A DNA stretch of 64,000 bases from an uncultured Gammaproteobacteria bacterium (GTDB lineage: Bacteria > Pseudomonadota > Gammaproteobacteria > UBA9214): positions 384,001 through 448,000 of the forward strand of contig CAVVHS010000008.1 of the NCBI GenBank assembly GCA_963748215.1, read 5' to 3'. Under the pieces are notes generated by a model that saw nothing but the letters and a program-made list of their open reading frames with translations, had not been told where the DNA came from and made no database searches. This document shows positions 19,654 to 31,219 of this stretch, in pieces (the stretch's first letter is position 1; the number at the start of each line of letters is the position of its first letter). Position numbers and translations under genes: made by a program.

Positions 19654-21627
19654 ATGAAGGATAATACCCGGACCCTGATAACGCTGGGTGTAATGGCTGT
19701 TCTGGGACTGATGTTCGCACTCGCCTCCATTGCGCTGGCACAGATGCATGCTATCAACACGCGCATGGCGACACTCGTCGAGGTGACCAATGCCAAAACG
19801 GCCGCCGCAAACGAGATGCGCGATGCGATCCGGCTGCGCGCCGACAGCCTCAAAAAGATGCAGCTGGCACGCGATATCTTCGATCGCGACGAGGAATACC
19901 AGCGCTTCATCGACTATGCCGGAAAATACCGTGCCGCCAGGGAACGCCTGGTCAGCCTGGGCATGACCCGGCAGGAATCGGAAATCCACGAACAGCTGCA
20001 GCAGCTGACCCGGTTGTCACAGGCGGTCAGCGACAGCGCTTCCATGCTGGTGATGGAAGATGCCGCCGACCGGGAAATCGAAACGGCCAGGCATAATGCC
20101 ACGTCGTTACAGGCGCAGATGCTTGAGCAGCTCGATACACTGGTTAACCTTGAACTGAGAACCTCCGAACAGACACTGGTGAACAGCCGTTCGCACTATC
20201 AGCGAACGAGAAATCTGCTGCTCATACTGACCGCCGTCACCCTGCTGTTCTGCTATCTGCTGGCCCGGTTCGTTGCCCGCTATGTCGCATCCAAGAACAG
20301 GCAGCTGAACTACCAGTCATCCCACGATGCACTGACCGGTCTCATCAACCGGCGCGAGTTCGAGAAACGCGTCGAGCGCGCCATCCACAACGCGCAGGCC
20401 CTGCCCGCCGCACATACCCTGATGTATCTCGATCTCGACCAGTTCAAGGTCATCAACGATATCTGCGGTCACGCAGCCGGCGACAGGCTGTTGCAGCAGC
20501 TCGCAGGCCTGCTGCTCGGCTCGTTGCGTCACCGCGACACCCTGGGGCGGCTGGGAGGTGACGAATTCGGTCTGCTGCTCGAGAACTGCCCGCTGGACAA
20601 GGCGGTGGTCATCGCGAACAAGCTGCTCAAATCTATCGAGGAGTTCCATTTCAGCTGGCATGACAGCAGCTTCACGCTCGGGGTCTGTATCGGGGTGGTT
20701 CCCATCGACGAAACCACGACCGATATCGCAAGCACCATGAGCGCAGCTGACTCGGCCTGTTACATCGCCAAGGAATCCGGGCGCAACCAGGTGCAGGTCG
20801 CCTACCTGGGTGATCGACAGCTGCAGCAGCGGCGCAGCGAAATGCAATGGGTGTCGCGCCTGACGCGCGCCCTGGAGCAGGACCAGTTCGAACTGTACTA
20901 CATGCCGATCATCCCCAGTGCGGACAGTAACGGCTCCGGCAAGCATATCGAGCTGTTGCTGCGCATGATCGACGATGACGGTTCCGTCATTTCACCACGC
21001 ATATTCATACCGCCGGCGGAAAAATACAACATGGCCACCGCCATCGACCGCTGGGTCATCAACCAGGCCCTGCAATGGCTGGCAGAGCACAGCTCCGAGC
21101 ACAACTGGCCGATCACCATCGCCATCAACCTGTCAGCCCACACCCTGGCCAGCCGGGAAATGCTGAAATACATCATCGACCATGCGGAACATACCGGCGC
21201 ACCCCCTGAACGGATCATCTTCGAAATCAACGAAAACGCCGCCATCTCCAACATCTCCGCGGCAACCGGCTTCATGCTGACCTTGCGTGGTCGCGGCTTC
21301 CGTTTCACGCTCGACGATTTTGGCAGCGGTCTGTCTTCCTTTGCCTACCTCAAGAAACTGCCGGTGGATTTCCTCAAGATCGACGGCAGCTTCGTGCGCG
21401 ACATACTCTCCGACCCGGTCGATTATGCGATGGTCAGATCGATCAACGAACTGGGGCAGCTGCTCGACAAGCAGACCATCGCCGAACACGTGGAGACAAT
21501 CGCGGTTGCCAACGAACTGCGCGACATGGGCATCGACTTCCTGCAGGGCCGTATCTACGCCAGTCCCGAACCCCTCAGCAGCTTCTCCCACACACGCAAG
21601 CCGCAGCTTGTGGTCGTCTCGAGGTAA
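19654..21627 (+). CDS. Membrane-bound GGDEF-EAL protein with a periplasmic four-helix sensor
   Basis: Two TM segments, HDALTGL, RxxD I-site (RHRD) with intact GGDEF, ELLLRM and DDFGSGLSS. Confidence 0.9.
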   Translation: MKDNTRTLITLGVMAVLGLMFALASIALAQMHAINTRMATLVEVTNAKTAAANEMRDAIRLRADSLKKMQLARDIFDRDEEYQRFIDYAGKYRAARERLVSLGMTRQESEIHEQLQQLTRLSQAVSDSASMLVMEDAADREIETARHNATSLQAQMLEQLDTLVNLELRTSEQTLVNSRSHYQRTRNLLLILTAVTLLFCYLLARFVARYVASKNRQLNYQSSHDALTGLINRREFEKRVERAIHNAQALPAAHTLMYLDLDQFKVINDICGHAAGDRLLQQLAGLLLGSLRHRDTLGRLGGDEFGLLLENCPLDKAVVIANKLLKSIEEFHFSWHDSSFTLGVCIGVVPIDETTTDIASTMSAADSACYIAKESGRNQVQVAYLGDRQLQQRRSEMQWVSRLTRALEQDQFELYYMPIIPSADSNGSGKHIELLLRMIDDDGSVISPRIFIPPAEKYNMATAIDRWVINQALQWLAEHSSEHNWPITIAINLSAHTLASREMLKYIIDHAEHTGAPPERIIFEINENAAISNISAATGFMLTLRGRGFRFTLDDFGSGLSSFAYLKKLPVDFLKIDGSFVRDILSDPVDYAMVRSINELGQLLDKQTIAEHVETIAVANELRDMGIDFLQGRIYASPEPLSSFSHTRKPQLVVVSR

Positions 21628-21705
21628 GCGGGCAAGTCGCGACAACTGTCCGACATACGGATCGATGCGTTATAGTCAGCCCTGCGGACACGGCCGGTAA
21701 CCAGG

Positions 21706-22872
21706 ATGACACACACACCTTCGCTGCTGGACATGATCGGGGGACTGATCGGCACCCCATCGATCAGCTGTGTCGACCCGGCGCTGGACCAGGGCAACCG
21801 CGCCGTCATCGACCTGCTGGCAGGCTGGCTCGAAACGGCCGGCTTTGCCGTCGAGGTCCTCCCGCTGCCGGGCACACCGGCCAAGGCAAACCTGATCGCG
21901 ACCCTGGGCAGCGGGCCGGGCGGACTGGTGCTGGCCGGCCACACCGACACCGTTCCGTACGATCATGGCGCATGGCGCTTCGACCCGTTCCGCCTCACGG
22001 AGGCCGATCAGCGCCTGTACGGTCTGGGCACCTCGGATATGAAGGCCTTCCTGGCACTGGCGATCGAGGCCTGCCGGGGGCTGCGTGCGGCAGATCTGGT
22101 GGAGCCGCTGGTCATACTGGCCACGGCCGACGAGGAAACCTCCATGTCAGGCGCACGCGCACTGGTCGAGCGGCAGCGTCCGCATGCACGTCATGCCGTC
22201 ATCGGAGAACCGACCGGCCTGCGCCCGGTGCGTATGCACAAGGGTATTTTTATGGAGCGTATCCGGCTGCACGGTCATGCCGGTCATTCCAGCAACCCGG
22301 CACTGGGCAACAGCGCACTGGAAGCCATGCATCGTGTCATCGCCAGCATCCTGGCCTGGCGCGACGAACTGCAGGCACGCTACAACAATCCGCTGTTCGC
22401 CGTTCCGGTGCCGACGCTCAATCTCGGCCATATCCACGGTGGCGACAACCCGAATCGCATCTGTGCCGACTGCGAACTGCAACTCGACCTGCGCCCGCTG
22501 CCCGGCATGGACGTCCACGAACTGCGCGGGGAACTGCACCGGCATGTCATCGAAACGCTGGCGGACAGCGGCATCGAGGCCGGTTTCGACGCCTTGTTTG
22601 AAGGCATCCCGGCCATGGAAACCGCAGCCACGGCACCCATCGTCCGGCTGGCCGAACGACTCACCGGCCACGCCCCGGAGGCCGTCGCCTTCGCCACGGA
22701 AGCGCCCTACCTGAAACAGCTCGGCATGGACACGATCATACTGGGACCGGGCAATATCGAGCAGGCCCACCAGCCTGACGAATACCTCGCACTGGACCGG
22801 CTGCAGCCGACCGTCGACCTGCTGCGCCGGATGATCAAATCCGTTTGTATCGACACCGACCCCTTGCTATAA
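21706..22872 (+). CDS. argE: Acetylornithine deacetylase
   Basis: GHTDTVP, GTSDMK, ADEET, GEPT and AHQPDE motifs. Confidence 0.93.
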   Translation: MTHTPSLLDMIGGLIGTPSISCVDPALDQGNRAVIDLLAGWLETAGFAVEVLPLPGTPAKANLIATLGSGPGGLVLAGHTDTVPYDHGAWRFDPFRLTEADQRLYGLGTSDMKAFLALAIEACRGLRAADLVEPLVILATADEETSMSGARALVERQRPHARHAVIGEPTGLRPVRMHKGIFMERIRLHGHAGHSSNPALGNSALEAMHRVIASILAWRDELQARYNNPLFAVPVPTLNLGHIHGGDNPNRICADCELQLDLRPLPGMDVHELRGELHRHVIETLADSGIEAGFDALFEGIPAMETAATAPIVRLAERLTGHAPEAVAFATEAPYLKQLGMDTIILGPGNIEQAHQPDEYLALDRLQPTVDLLRRMIKSVCIDTDPLL

Positions 22873-22880
22873 CAGGCGCC

Positions 22881-24206
22881 ATGAAAAGCAGCGAACATAA
22901 CAGGCAATTCGTCGACAGCTTCCGGCACTCCGCGCCGTATATACATGCGCACCGCGGCCGCACCTTCGTGCTGGTATTCGGTGGCGAGGCCGTTGAGGAT
23001 GCACTCTTCCCCGGGCTGATTCACGATATCGCGCTGCTGCACAGCCTCGGCATCCAGCTGGTCCTGGTGCACGGCGCGCGCCCGCAGATCGAGCGCAAGC
23101 TGTCGGCCGGCGGCATCGAGATGGAATATGCCCGCGGCCTGCGCATTACCGATGACGCCGCACTGGTGTACGTCAAGGAGGCCGCCGGCTCGGTGCGCGT
23201 GGAAATCGAGGCGCTGCTCTCGATGGGGCTTGCCAACACACCGATGTCCGGCGCGCGTATCGGCGTCAGCTCGGGAAACTTCGTCACCGCGCGGCCACTC
23301 GGCGTGCGCGACGGCATCGACTATTGTCATACCGGCGAGGTACGGCGCGTCGACGCGCCGGCGATCCGGCAACACCTCACCGACCGGCGCATCGTGCTGC
23401 TCTCGCCGCTTGGCTATTCACCGACCGGCGAGGTCTTCAACCTGAGCGCGGAGGAAGTCGCTACCGCCACCGCCATCGAGCTGCAGGCCGACAAGCTGGT
23501 GCTGCTGAACGAGGGCGAGAAGCTGCGCGACGGGCGCAGGCGCCTGATGGCGCAGCTGACCATCAACGAAGCGCAGGCGCTGCTGGACGGCCGGCGTCAA
23601 CTGAGCGAAACCATGCGCCGCCAGCTGCACAGCGCGATCCAGGCCTGTCGCGGCAGTGTGCGGCGCGTGCACCTGCTCGACCGGCAGCAGGACGGCGCAC
23701 TGTTGCTGGAGCTGTTTACCCGTGACGGACTCGGCTCGCTGATTACCGCCGACCCCTTCGAGGGCCTGCGCGATGCCACCATCGATGACGTCGGCGGAGT
23801 CCTGGAACTGATCAAGCCGCTTGAGCAACAGGGTGTCCTGGTCAGGCGTTCTCGCGAGCTGCTGGAAATGGAAATCGGTCACTTCCTGGTTATCGAGCGT
23901 GATGGCACCATCATCGCCTGCGCGGCACTCTATCCCGGCGACAAGCGCACCCAGGCCGAGCTTGCCTGCCTCGCCGTGCATGACGACTACCGCAACGAGG
24001 GACGCGGGGACGCGCTGCTGCAGGCTGTCGAGCACCGGGCGGCGCGGAACGGGATCAAACAGCTGGTCGTGCTGACGACCCATACGGCGCACTGGTTCAG
24101 GGAACGCGGCTTCCTGCCGGGCGACGTGTCGCACCTGCCCGCCAGAAAAAAGGCACTTTACAACTACCAGCGCAATTCAAAGGTGTTCTACAAGGCGCTG
24201 GACTAG
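22881..24206 (+). CDS. argA: Amino-acid N-acetyltransferase
   Basis: FRHSAPYIHAHRGRTFV, LLLELFTRDG, a GNAT domain and YNYQRNSKV. Confidence 0.95.
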   Translation: MKSSEHNRQFVDSFRHSAPYIHAHRGRTFVLVFGGEAVEDALFPGLIHDIALLHSLGIQLVLVHGARPQIERKLSAGGIEMEYARGLRITDDAALVYVKEAAGSVRVEIEALLSMGLANTPMSGARIGVSSGNFVTARPLGVRDGIDYCHTGEVRRVDAPAIRQHLTDRRIVLLSPLGYSPTGEVFNLSAEEVATATAIELQADKLVLLNEGEKLRDGRRRLMAQLTINEAQALLDGRRQLSETMRRQLHSAIQACRGSVRRVHLLDRQQDGALLLELFTRDGLGSLITADPFEGLRDATIDDVGGVLELIKPLEQQGVLVRRSRELLEMEIGHFLVIERDGTIIACAALYPGDKRTQAELACLAVHDDYRNEGRGDALLQAVEHRAARNGIKQLVVLTTHTAHWFRERGFLPGDVSHLPARKKALYNYQRNSKVFYKALD

Positions 24207-24339
24207 GCCCCCTCCCGACATGACAAAGCGCCACCATTTTGTAAAGATACACGGCACAAGGGAAATGTGACCTGTAGCACCGGCGGCACCAGGCGCTGTT
24301 ATAGACTGCATCGAGACGCTGCGGGACAGCACGGACCCG

Positions 24340-25209
24340 ATGCATGAACAGTACACAAACGATAAAGAACCGCGGATAGCGACAGGTATGGGGATGAACG
24401 ACTTACAGCCGGCAGCCGGACACACCGTCAGAGTGCTGCAGATTACCGACACGCACCTGTTCGCCGGCAGCGACGGCTGCCTGCTCGGACTCAATACCGA
24501 ACACTCGCTGCAGGCCGTGCTGGCAGCCGTCGCGGACCGGGAGCAGCCGACCGACCTCGTGCTGGCCACGGGGGACCTCGCCCACGATGGTACCAGCAGC
24601 GCCTATCAGCGCTTCTTTACGAACATGAATGGCATCGGTGTGCCGGTCTACTGCCTGCCGGGCAACCACGATGAATCGCAGGCATTGCAGCTGTCGGGTA
24701 ACGAGGGCCAGTGCCGCTTCGTCGAACATGCATTCCATGCCGACTGGCATTTCATCTTTCTGGATTCAACCATACCCGGCAGCGAAGGCGCCCACCTGAC
24801 GGAGGACACGCTGTCGATGCTGGAGCGGCATCTGCAGGCAGCGCCGGCCAAACATACCCTGGTATGCCTGCATCACCAGCCGGTGCCGATGGGCAGCCGC
24901 TGGCTGGATACCATGGCCGTGGACAACCCGGAGGCCTTCTTCGCCGTTATCGACCGGCACCCGCAGGTGCGGGCAATCCTGTGGGGGCACGTGCACCAGG
25001 AACTGTCGACCCGGCGCGGGGACGTCATGCTGATGTCCTCGCCCTCCACCTGCATCCAGTTCCTGCCCTACAGCGCCGGCTTCGCCGTGGATATCACCGC
25101 GCCCGGCTATCGCTGGCTGGACCTGCACCCGGACGGCAGTATAAACACGGGCATCGAGCGCATCGGTGCGATTCCGGGCACCATCGACATGGCCGCAGCC
25201 GGCTATTAA
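24340..25209 (+). CDS. cpdA: 3',5'-cyclic-AMP phosphodiesterase (start uncertain)
   Basis: QITDTHL, TGDLA, PGNHD, LHH, WGHVHQ and PSTCIQF motifs. Confidence 0.92.
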   Translation: MHEQYTNDKEPRIATGMGMNDLQPAAGHTVRVLQITDTHLFAGSDGCLLGLNTEHSLQAVLAAVADREQPTDLVLATGDLAHDGTSSAYQRFFTNMNGIGVPVYCLPGNHDESQALQLSGNEGQCRFVEHAFHADWHFIFLDSTIPGSEGAHLTEDTLSMLERHLQAAPAKHTLVCLHHQPVPMGSRWLDTMAVDNPEAFFAVIDRHPQVRAILWGHVHQELSTRRGDVMLMSSPSTCIQFLPYSAGFAVDITAPGYRWLDLHPDGSINTGIERIGAIPGTIDMAAAGY

Positions 25210-25337
25210 CCCGCCTGTTGCACACGTCAGCCGCGGGCCGGTTCAGCCCGGTCCCCGGGCAGCTACCGGATCGCTCATGGAAACGTGCCGGAGTTCACCC
25301 GTATAAACAGGCCCGCGGCCGGCTGATGCCTTGCCGG

Positions 25338-26555
25338 TCACTGCACCAGCTGGTTGAGGTCGAAAATCGGCAGCAGGATCGCCAGCACGATCACCAGCAC
25401 CACACCACCCATAACCAGGATCAGCATCGGTTCGAACAGGCCCATGACCGCGGCGATCATCGTCTCGATCTCGCGCTCCTGGTTGATGGCGGCACGTTCC
25501 AGCATCTCTTCCAGCTTGCCACTCGCCTCGCCGCTGGCGATGAGATGCACTGTCATGGGCGGGAAATAACCGCTGCGTTCGAGTGACGCGGCAATACCGG
25601 CACCCTCGCGCACGCGTGCCGCGGCCTCGTTGACCGCGTCGCGCATCGGCAGGTTTGAAATCACCTGCCCGGAGATACGCATGGCCTCCAGCACCGAGAC
25701 GCCGCTGGCAGTGAGAATGCTGAAGGTGCGCGCAAAACGCCCGGTCTCGAGACCACTCACCAGACGACCGACCAGCGGCACGTGCAGCAGCGTGCGATGA
25801 AAGCGACGCCGGTTGTCCTCGCTGCGCAACAACCAGGACACGGCAACGCCCAGCAGTACCAGCAGACCGAGCAGGATGAGGCCCTGGGTGCGCATGAAGT
25901 CACTGACGGCGATCAGGCCCCGGGTCAGCGCCGGCAGGCCCTGCCCGATGTTCTCGAACACCTGCACCACCTGCGGCACGACATAGGTCATCAGACCGCC
26001 GACCACCAGGATGGCGACGATGGTCAGCATGGCCGGATAGAACACCGCCAGCTGGATCTTCTGGCGCATCTGCTGGCGATTCTCGGTGTAATCGGCGAGC
26101 CGCTCCAGCACCCGGTCCAGGTGACCGGACTGCTCGCCGGCCTCGACCGTCGTGCGGTACAGCTCGGGAAAGACGTGCTTGAAGTCGGACAGACCGGAGG
26201 CCAGGGTATGTCCTTCCATCACCCGCGAGCGCACTGCCAGCAGCATGCTCTTCAGACGCGCCCGGTCGGTTTGCTGGGCAACGGCGCGCAGGCACTCCTC
26301 CAGCGGCAACGCGGCACGCACCAGTGTCGCGAGCTGGCGTGTGATCAGGGCAAGGTCAGTGGCGCTGATGCCCCGCTTCAACAGGGACGGTCGGCCATGG
26401 GTACGCGTCTCGCGCTGTGCGACCTCCTGCACCTCGACCGGGACCAGGCCCTGGTCACGCAGCTGCTGGCGCACCTGGCGCGGCGCATCACCCTCGACGA
26501 CGCCCTTCTTTTCGCGCCCCTTGGCATCCAGCGCCGTGTATTCGAAGGCACCCAC
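25338..26555 (-). CDS. gspF: Type II secretion inner-membrane platform protein
   Basis: FEYTALDAKG, TRQLATLV, GEQSG and LPIFDLNQLV; downstream of gspE. Confidence 0.95.
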   Translation of the reverse strand: MGAFEYTALDAKGREKKGVVEGDAPRQVRQQLRDQGLVPVEVQEVAQRETRTHGRPSLLKRGISATDLALITRQLATLVRAALPLEECLRAVAQQTDRARLKSMLLAVRSRVMEGHTLASGLSDFKHVFPELYRTTVEAGEQSGHLDRVLERLADYTENRQQMRQKIQLAVFYPAMLTIVAILVVGGLMTYVVPQVVQVFENIGQGLPALTRGLIAVSDFMRTQGLILLGLLVLLGVAVSWLLRSEDNRRRFHRTLLHVPLVGRLVSGLETGRFARTFSILTASGVSVLEAMRISGQVISNLPMRDAVNEAAARVREGAGIAASLERSGYFPPMTVHLIASGEASGKLEEMLERAAINQEREIETMIAAVMGLFEPMLILVMGGVVLVIVLAILLPIFDLNQLVQ

Positions 26556-26631
26556 CGGTCAGCAGGCTCCGGGCCGGAACGGGATCAAGGACATTCGGTA
26601 ACCGGCTGCAGGCAGCACGCGGGGCTGTCGA

Positions 26632-28158
26632 TCAGTCGCCCTGCGTCACGCGCAGGACCTCTTCGACCGAGGTGACGCCATCCAGCACCTTGCGCCAGCC
26701 GTCCTGGCGGATGCTCGGCGATTTCCGGCGTGCCTCGCGTTCCAGTTCCTGTTCGCCGGCACCGTCGTGAATCATGGCGCGCATGGCATCGTTGAGTGTC
26801 ACCAGCTCATAGATGCCGGTACGCCCGCGATAGCCAAGCTGGTTGCAGGTTGGACAACCATGCGTGCGAAACAGGGTCGGCGGATTGTCCGCGGCAATAC
26901 CCATGGCCGTGCAATCGGCCTGACCCGCGGTGTAGGGATCCTTGCAGTCATCGCACAGCATGCGCACCAGGCGCTGTGCGAGCACACCGACCAGGCTGGA
27001 CGACAGCAGGAAGGGTTCGACGCCCATGTCACGCAGGCGGGTCACTGCACCGACGGCGCTGTTGGTATGCAGGGTGGAAAACACCAGGTGGCCGGTGAGA
27101 CTGGCCTGCACGGCGATCTCGGCCGTTTCCAGGTCGCGTATCTCGCCGACCATCACCACGTCGGGGTCCTGGCGCAGGATCGCGCGCAGGCCGCGGGCAA
27201 AACTCAGGTCGACCTTGGTGTTGACCTGGGTCTGGCCGATGCCGTCGAGGTAATACTCGATCGGGTCCTCGACGGTCATGATATTGCGCCGCTTGTTGTT
27301 GAGCCGGCCCAGCGCCGCATACAGCGTGGTGGTCTTGCCGGAACCGGTCGGGCCGGTGACCAGGATAATGCCGTGCGGCTTGTTGATCAGTATATCGATC
27401 TCATCCCGGGACGCGGCGGACATGCCGAGCTGTTCGAGATCGAGCCGCCCGGCCTGCTTGTCCAGCAGGCGCAGCACGACACGCTCGCCGTTGCCGGACG
27501 GCAGCGTGGAGACACGCACGTCCACGGCACGGCCCGCCACCCGCAGCGAGATACGGCCGTCCTGCGGCAGGCGCTTTTCGGCGATGTCGAGCCGTGCCAT
27601 GACCTTGATGCGCGATACCAGCAGCGGCGCCAGCACCCGTTGCGGTTCCAGCACCTCGCGCAGCACGCCGTCGCAGCGAAAGCGCACCACCAGGCGGTTC
27701 TCGAAGGGTTCGATATGGATATCGGAGGCGTTTTCCTTGATCGCCTCGGTGAGCAGGGCGTTGATCAGGCGGATGATCGGCGCATCGTCCTCGCTCTCGA
27801 GCAGGTCCGCCGGCTCGGGCAGGCCCTGGGCGACGTGCATCAGGTCGAGGTCATCGCCGATGTCGCCCATCATCTGCATGGCCTCGCTGGACCCCTGCTC
27901 GTAGCTGTTGGCCAACAGGGCGTCGAACTGCTCCTGGTCGATCAGCTGCAGCTTGAGCGGCACCCCCACCAGCCGGCGCAGCTCGATCAGCGCGGACGGG
28001 GTGACATTGGCCGTATGCACCACCAGTGCCCGGTCATCGGCATAGCCGGTGACCAGCACGCCGTTGCGCTTGGCGAACAGGAACGGCGGGCGACGCGGCA
28101 CCACCACGGAGGGCGGGTCCGCGGGTTGCTCAGCGCCCTGTAACTGGAATTCATTCAT
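26632..28158 (-). CDS. gspE: Type II secretion ATPase
   Basis: [28 protein letters not shown] and LRQDPD motifs. Confidence 0.96.
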   Translation of the reverse strand: MNEFQLQGAEQPADPPSVVVPRRPPFLFAKRNGVLVTGYADDRALVVHTANVTPSALIELRRLVGVPLKLQLIDQEQFDALLANSYEQGSSEAMQMMGDIGDDLDLMHVAQGLPEPADLLESEDDAPIIRLINALLTEAIKENASDIHIEPFENRLVVRFRCDGVLREVLEPQRVLAPLLVSRIKVMARLDIAEKRLPQDGRISLRVAGRAVDVRVSTLPSGNGERVVLRLLDKQAGRLDLEQLGMSAASRDEIDILINKPHGIILVTGPTGSGKTTTLYAALGRLNNKRRNIMTVEDPIEYYLDGIGQTQVNTKVDLSFARGLRAILRQDPDVVMVGEIRDLETAEIAVQASLTGHLVFSTLHTNSAVGAVTRLRDMGVEPFLLSSSLVGVLAQRLVRMLCDDCKDPYTAGQADCTAMGIAADNPPTLFRTHGCPTCNQLGYRGRTGIYELVTLNDAMRAMIHDGAGEQELEREARRKSPSIRQDGWRKVLDGVTSVEEVLRVTQGD

Positions 28159-30193
28159 CCGTCATGAAGAACTGCGGCTTCGTGGTTTCCTCTGCCGGCG
28201 CCTCGACAACCGGCGCGGCGGCGGAAGGCACCGCGCCGGTCGGCGCCGAGGTAAACTCGCCGATCTCGGGCAGCACCGGTTGCGTCTTGCCGGGCATCAG
28301 GTTGACGCCATCCGCATCCAGCCCCTGTTGCAGGGTCCGGATATAGTTGTACTTGCTGTTGGTGTACTGGGTCGCCACGCTGCTGTCGCGCAGGATCACC
28401 GGGTGGATGAACACCATCAGGTTCTGTCGGGTCACATCCGCGGTCTTGGACTTGAACAGCAGACCGAGCAACGGGATATCGCCCAGCAGCGGGACCTTCT
28501 GCACGCTCTCGCCGATACGCTCGTCGATCAGGCCGCCCAGCACCACGATCTGTCCGTCATCCACCATGACATTGGTCTTGATGGAGCGTTTCTTGGTGAT
28601 GAGATCGGCGGCGCCCGCAACGCTGTCCGCGATACTGGAGACCTCCTGCTCGATATCCAGCCGCAACGCATCGCCCTCGTTGATCTTGGGCTTGATCTTG
28701 AGGGTTATGCCGACGTCCTCGCGCTGGATGGTCTGGAACGGGTTGGTGGCACCGTCGCTGGCACCGGTACTGGTGAACGAACCGGTAAGAAACGGCACAT
28801 TCTCGCCGATGACGATCTCGGCCTCCTCGTTGTCCAGCGTGACCAGGGTCGGCGTGGAGAGAATATTGCTGCCCGTGTCCGAGGCCAGGGCGTTGATCAC
28901 AGCGGCGTAGCTGAACTGGTTCTTGGCGACATCACCGAAACCGAGCAACACATTGCCCGCGACACTCGGAAGTGACCCGCCGTTGGCGACGTCCACCACG
29001 GCATTGGCGACATCGGTAATGGGTGAGCCGGAATTGCTGAAGTTCACCACGCCCACCGGGGTCTGCCCTCCACTGGGATCCGCAAACAACCACTGCACGC
29101 CGAGCTCGCGTGCCGCGGTGTCCGAGACCTCCGCGATGACCGCCTCGACCAGCACCTGCGCCTTGCGGATATCCAGCTGGCTGATCACGCGCCGCAGGGT
29201 GCGCATGATGTCGGGCGGCGCGCTGATGACCAGTGCGTTGGTGGACTCATCCGCCTGGATGTCGAACGAACCGCGCGCCGCGGAGACGGCCTTGCCCTGG
29301 GTGGCATCCTGCTCCCCGATCTTGCCCACGCCCATAAGCACACTGACGATGTCCTTGGCATCGGCGTAGCGCAGATAGATAACGTCGGTGTTGCCGCCGG
29401 AATCCAGCGGGGTGTCGAGATGCGATATAATTGCCCGCAGCCGCAGGCGCTCGGCGCGCTCGCCGCCCAGCAACACGCTGTTGGTCCGCTCGTCGGCGAC
29501 CAGCACCTGCGCGCTGGCACCACCCGGCGCGTTGCCGGCGGCCGATGCACGGGTGAGGCTGGTCAGTACCCGCACTACCTCGTTGGCCGAGGCGTGCGCC
29601 AGCGGGATGACCTCGATCTCGCTGTCACTGACCTGGTCGATACGGCGGATGATGCTGACCAGGCGCTCCACGTTATTGGCCCGGTCCGAAATGATCAGCA
29701 CGTTGGTTGCCGGATAGGCTGCGAGGTGTCCCTGCTGCGGCACCAGCGGCCGCAGGATCGGTACCAGCTGCGCGGCGGCGACGTTGTCGACCTGGATCAC
29801 GCGCGTGACCATCTCGTCACCCCTGCCGGGCTCCCGGTCGGTGGTCGTCGGAATGCTGTCCTGCTTGGCATTCACATCCGGGATGATCTTGATGACCTCG
29901 CCGCTCGGCACTGCGGCGAAGCCGTGCACCTTGAGGATGGAGAGGAAAACCTGGTAGACCTCGTCGCTGTTCATCGGGCGCGACGAGATGACCGTGACCT
30001 TGCCCTTGACGCGCGGGTCGACGATGAAATTCTTGTTGGACACCTCGGCGACAGTGCTGATCAGGGCGCCGATATCGGCATCTTTGAGGTTAAGGGTGAC
30101 GGTCTCGGCTCGCAGCGGTAATGCATAAACCAGCCATGCCAGCGCCACCGCAGCAATCATTCCCGGAATTTTCATTGCCTGTTTCCTCAACAC
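28151..30193 (-). CDS. gspD: Type II secretion secretin (start possibly 30175)
   Basis: [26 protein letters not shown] and KVPLLGDIP motifs. Confidence 0.95.
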   Translation of the reverse strand: MLRKQAMKIPGMIAAVALAWLVYALPLRAETVTLNLKDADIGALISTVAEVSNKNFIVDPRVKGKVTVISSRPMNSDEVYQVFLSILKVHGFAAVPSGEVIKIIPDVNAKQDSIPTTTDREPGRGDEMVTRVIQVDNVAAAQLVPILRPLVPQQGHLAAYPATNVLIISDRANNVERLVSIIRRIDQVSDSEIEVIPLAHASANEVVRVLTSLTRASAAGNAPGGASAQVLVADERTNSVLLGGERAERLRLRAIISHLDTPLDSGGNTDVIYLRYADAKDIVSVLMGVGKIGEQDATQGKAVSAARGSFDIQADESTNALVISAPPDIMRTLRRVISQLDIRKAQVLVEAVIAEVSDTAARELGVQWLFADPSGGQTPVGVVNFSNSGSPITDVANAVVDVANGGSLPSVAGNVLLGFGDVAKNQFSYAAVINALASDTGSNILSTPTLVTLDNEEAEIVIGENVPFLTGSFTSTGASDGATNPFQTIQREDVGITLKIKPKINEGDALRLDIEQEVSSIADSVAGAADLITKKRSIKTNVMVDDGQIVVLGGLIDERIGESVQKVPLLGDIPLLGLLFKSKTADVTRQNLMVFIHPVILRDSSVATQYTNSKYNYIRTLQQGLDADGVNLMPGKTQPVLPEIGEFTSAPTGAVPSAAAPVVEAPAEETTKPQFFMTDE

Positions 30194-30276
30194 CTGTCCT
30201 GTTCGGTTTGGGCTACCGGTTCACACATCGACGGCCACACCGACTATCTTGCCAGAATCAGGCGAAAATTACCTGA

Positions 30277-31186
30277 TTATTCATAACCATCCAGCGACAA
30301 GGTCTGTTCCTCACCGTCCCGCAGCAGCTTCAGGGTGACCGGCTCGCCGCTCTGCAGGCTCTGTAGCGCCGTGGCACTGTTTTGCGGGTCGGTCAGGGCG
30401 AGGCCATTGACCTCCGTGACCACATCGCCGGCCTGCAGACCCACCTGCTCGAACAATTGCGGATCCTTGCCGGGCGCCAGTGAATAGCCGATCAGGTTGC
30501 CCTCCGGGTCATTCATCGGCGCGATGCGCAACATGCGGGCCAAACTGGCCGGCTGCTGCTGGATCTGCTGCCGCACCGCCCGCAGACGCTCTGCCGGACT
30601 CTGCGAGGAGCGTGCCGCGGCCGGCGCCGCAACGGCGGAATAAACGTTGTTGCCGGGCTTGATATCCGTCGGCAGCCGCAGGGTCTCGTAACGGCCGCTG
30701 CGCTGCAGGATCACGCGATCAGGATAGATCGCGCTCAGTTCGGCATTGCCCGGCAGGGTATCACCAATCGCATAATGTTCATCCTGCCCGCGCTGGTCGG
30801 CAATTATAGCGCGCGCATTGACCTTGTCATCCGATGCCAGCGCGCCTTTCAGGGTCAGTTTCAGCTGGGTATCCGGCGCATCGACCGGCGTGCTGACCTT
30901 GACCGGCACGGCCGCGACCGTCACCTCGCCCATCAGGTGCCAGCCGGGCAGCTGCCGGACCAGCATCCGGTCGGGATCCGGCTTGGCAGGAATACTGCCG
31001 GTTGCCGCGATCACCGGTTGCGCCGACTGCTTCCTCTTGCGGCAGCAGGCCCCAGGTCAGGGCGGCGAGCCGGAACGCAATCCAGATGACCAGCAACAGG
31101 TTGATGGCGAGGATGACACGCTGCGCGGTCCTGCCTTGCAGTAGCCTGCCCAGTTCCGCGGGTTGTAATGTTGCTCCATTCATCAA
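30277..31186 (-). CDS. gspC: Type II secretion protein C with one frameshift near 31020
   Basis: N-terminal TM part in ORF 30827-31186; HR domain (APDTQLKLTLKG) and PDZ domain in ORF 30277-31014. Confidence 0.8.
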
Positions 31187-31219
31187 CTGACCTGTGACCC
31201 TTCAACCTGCCTGTGAAGT

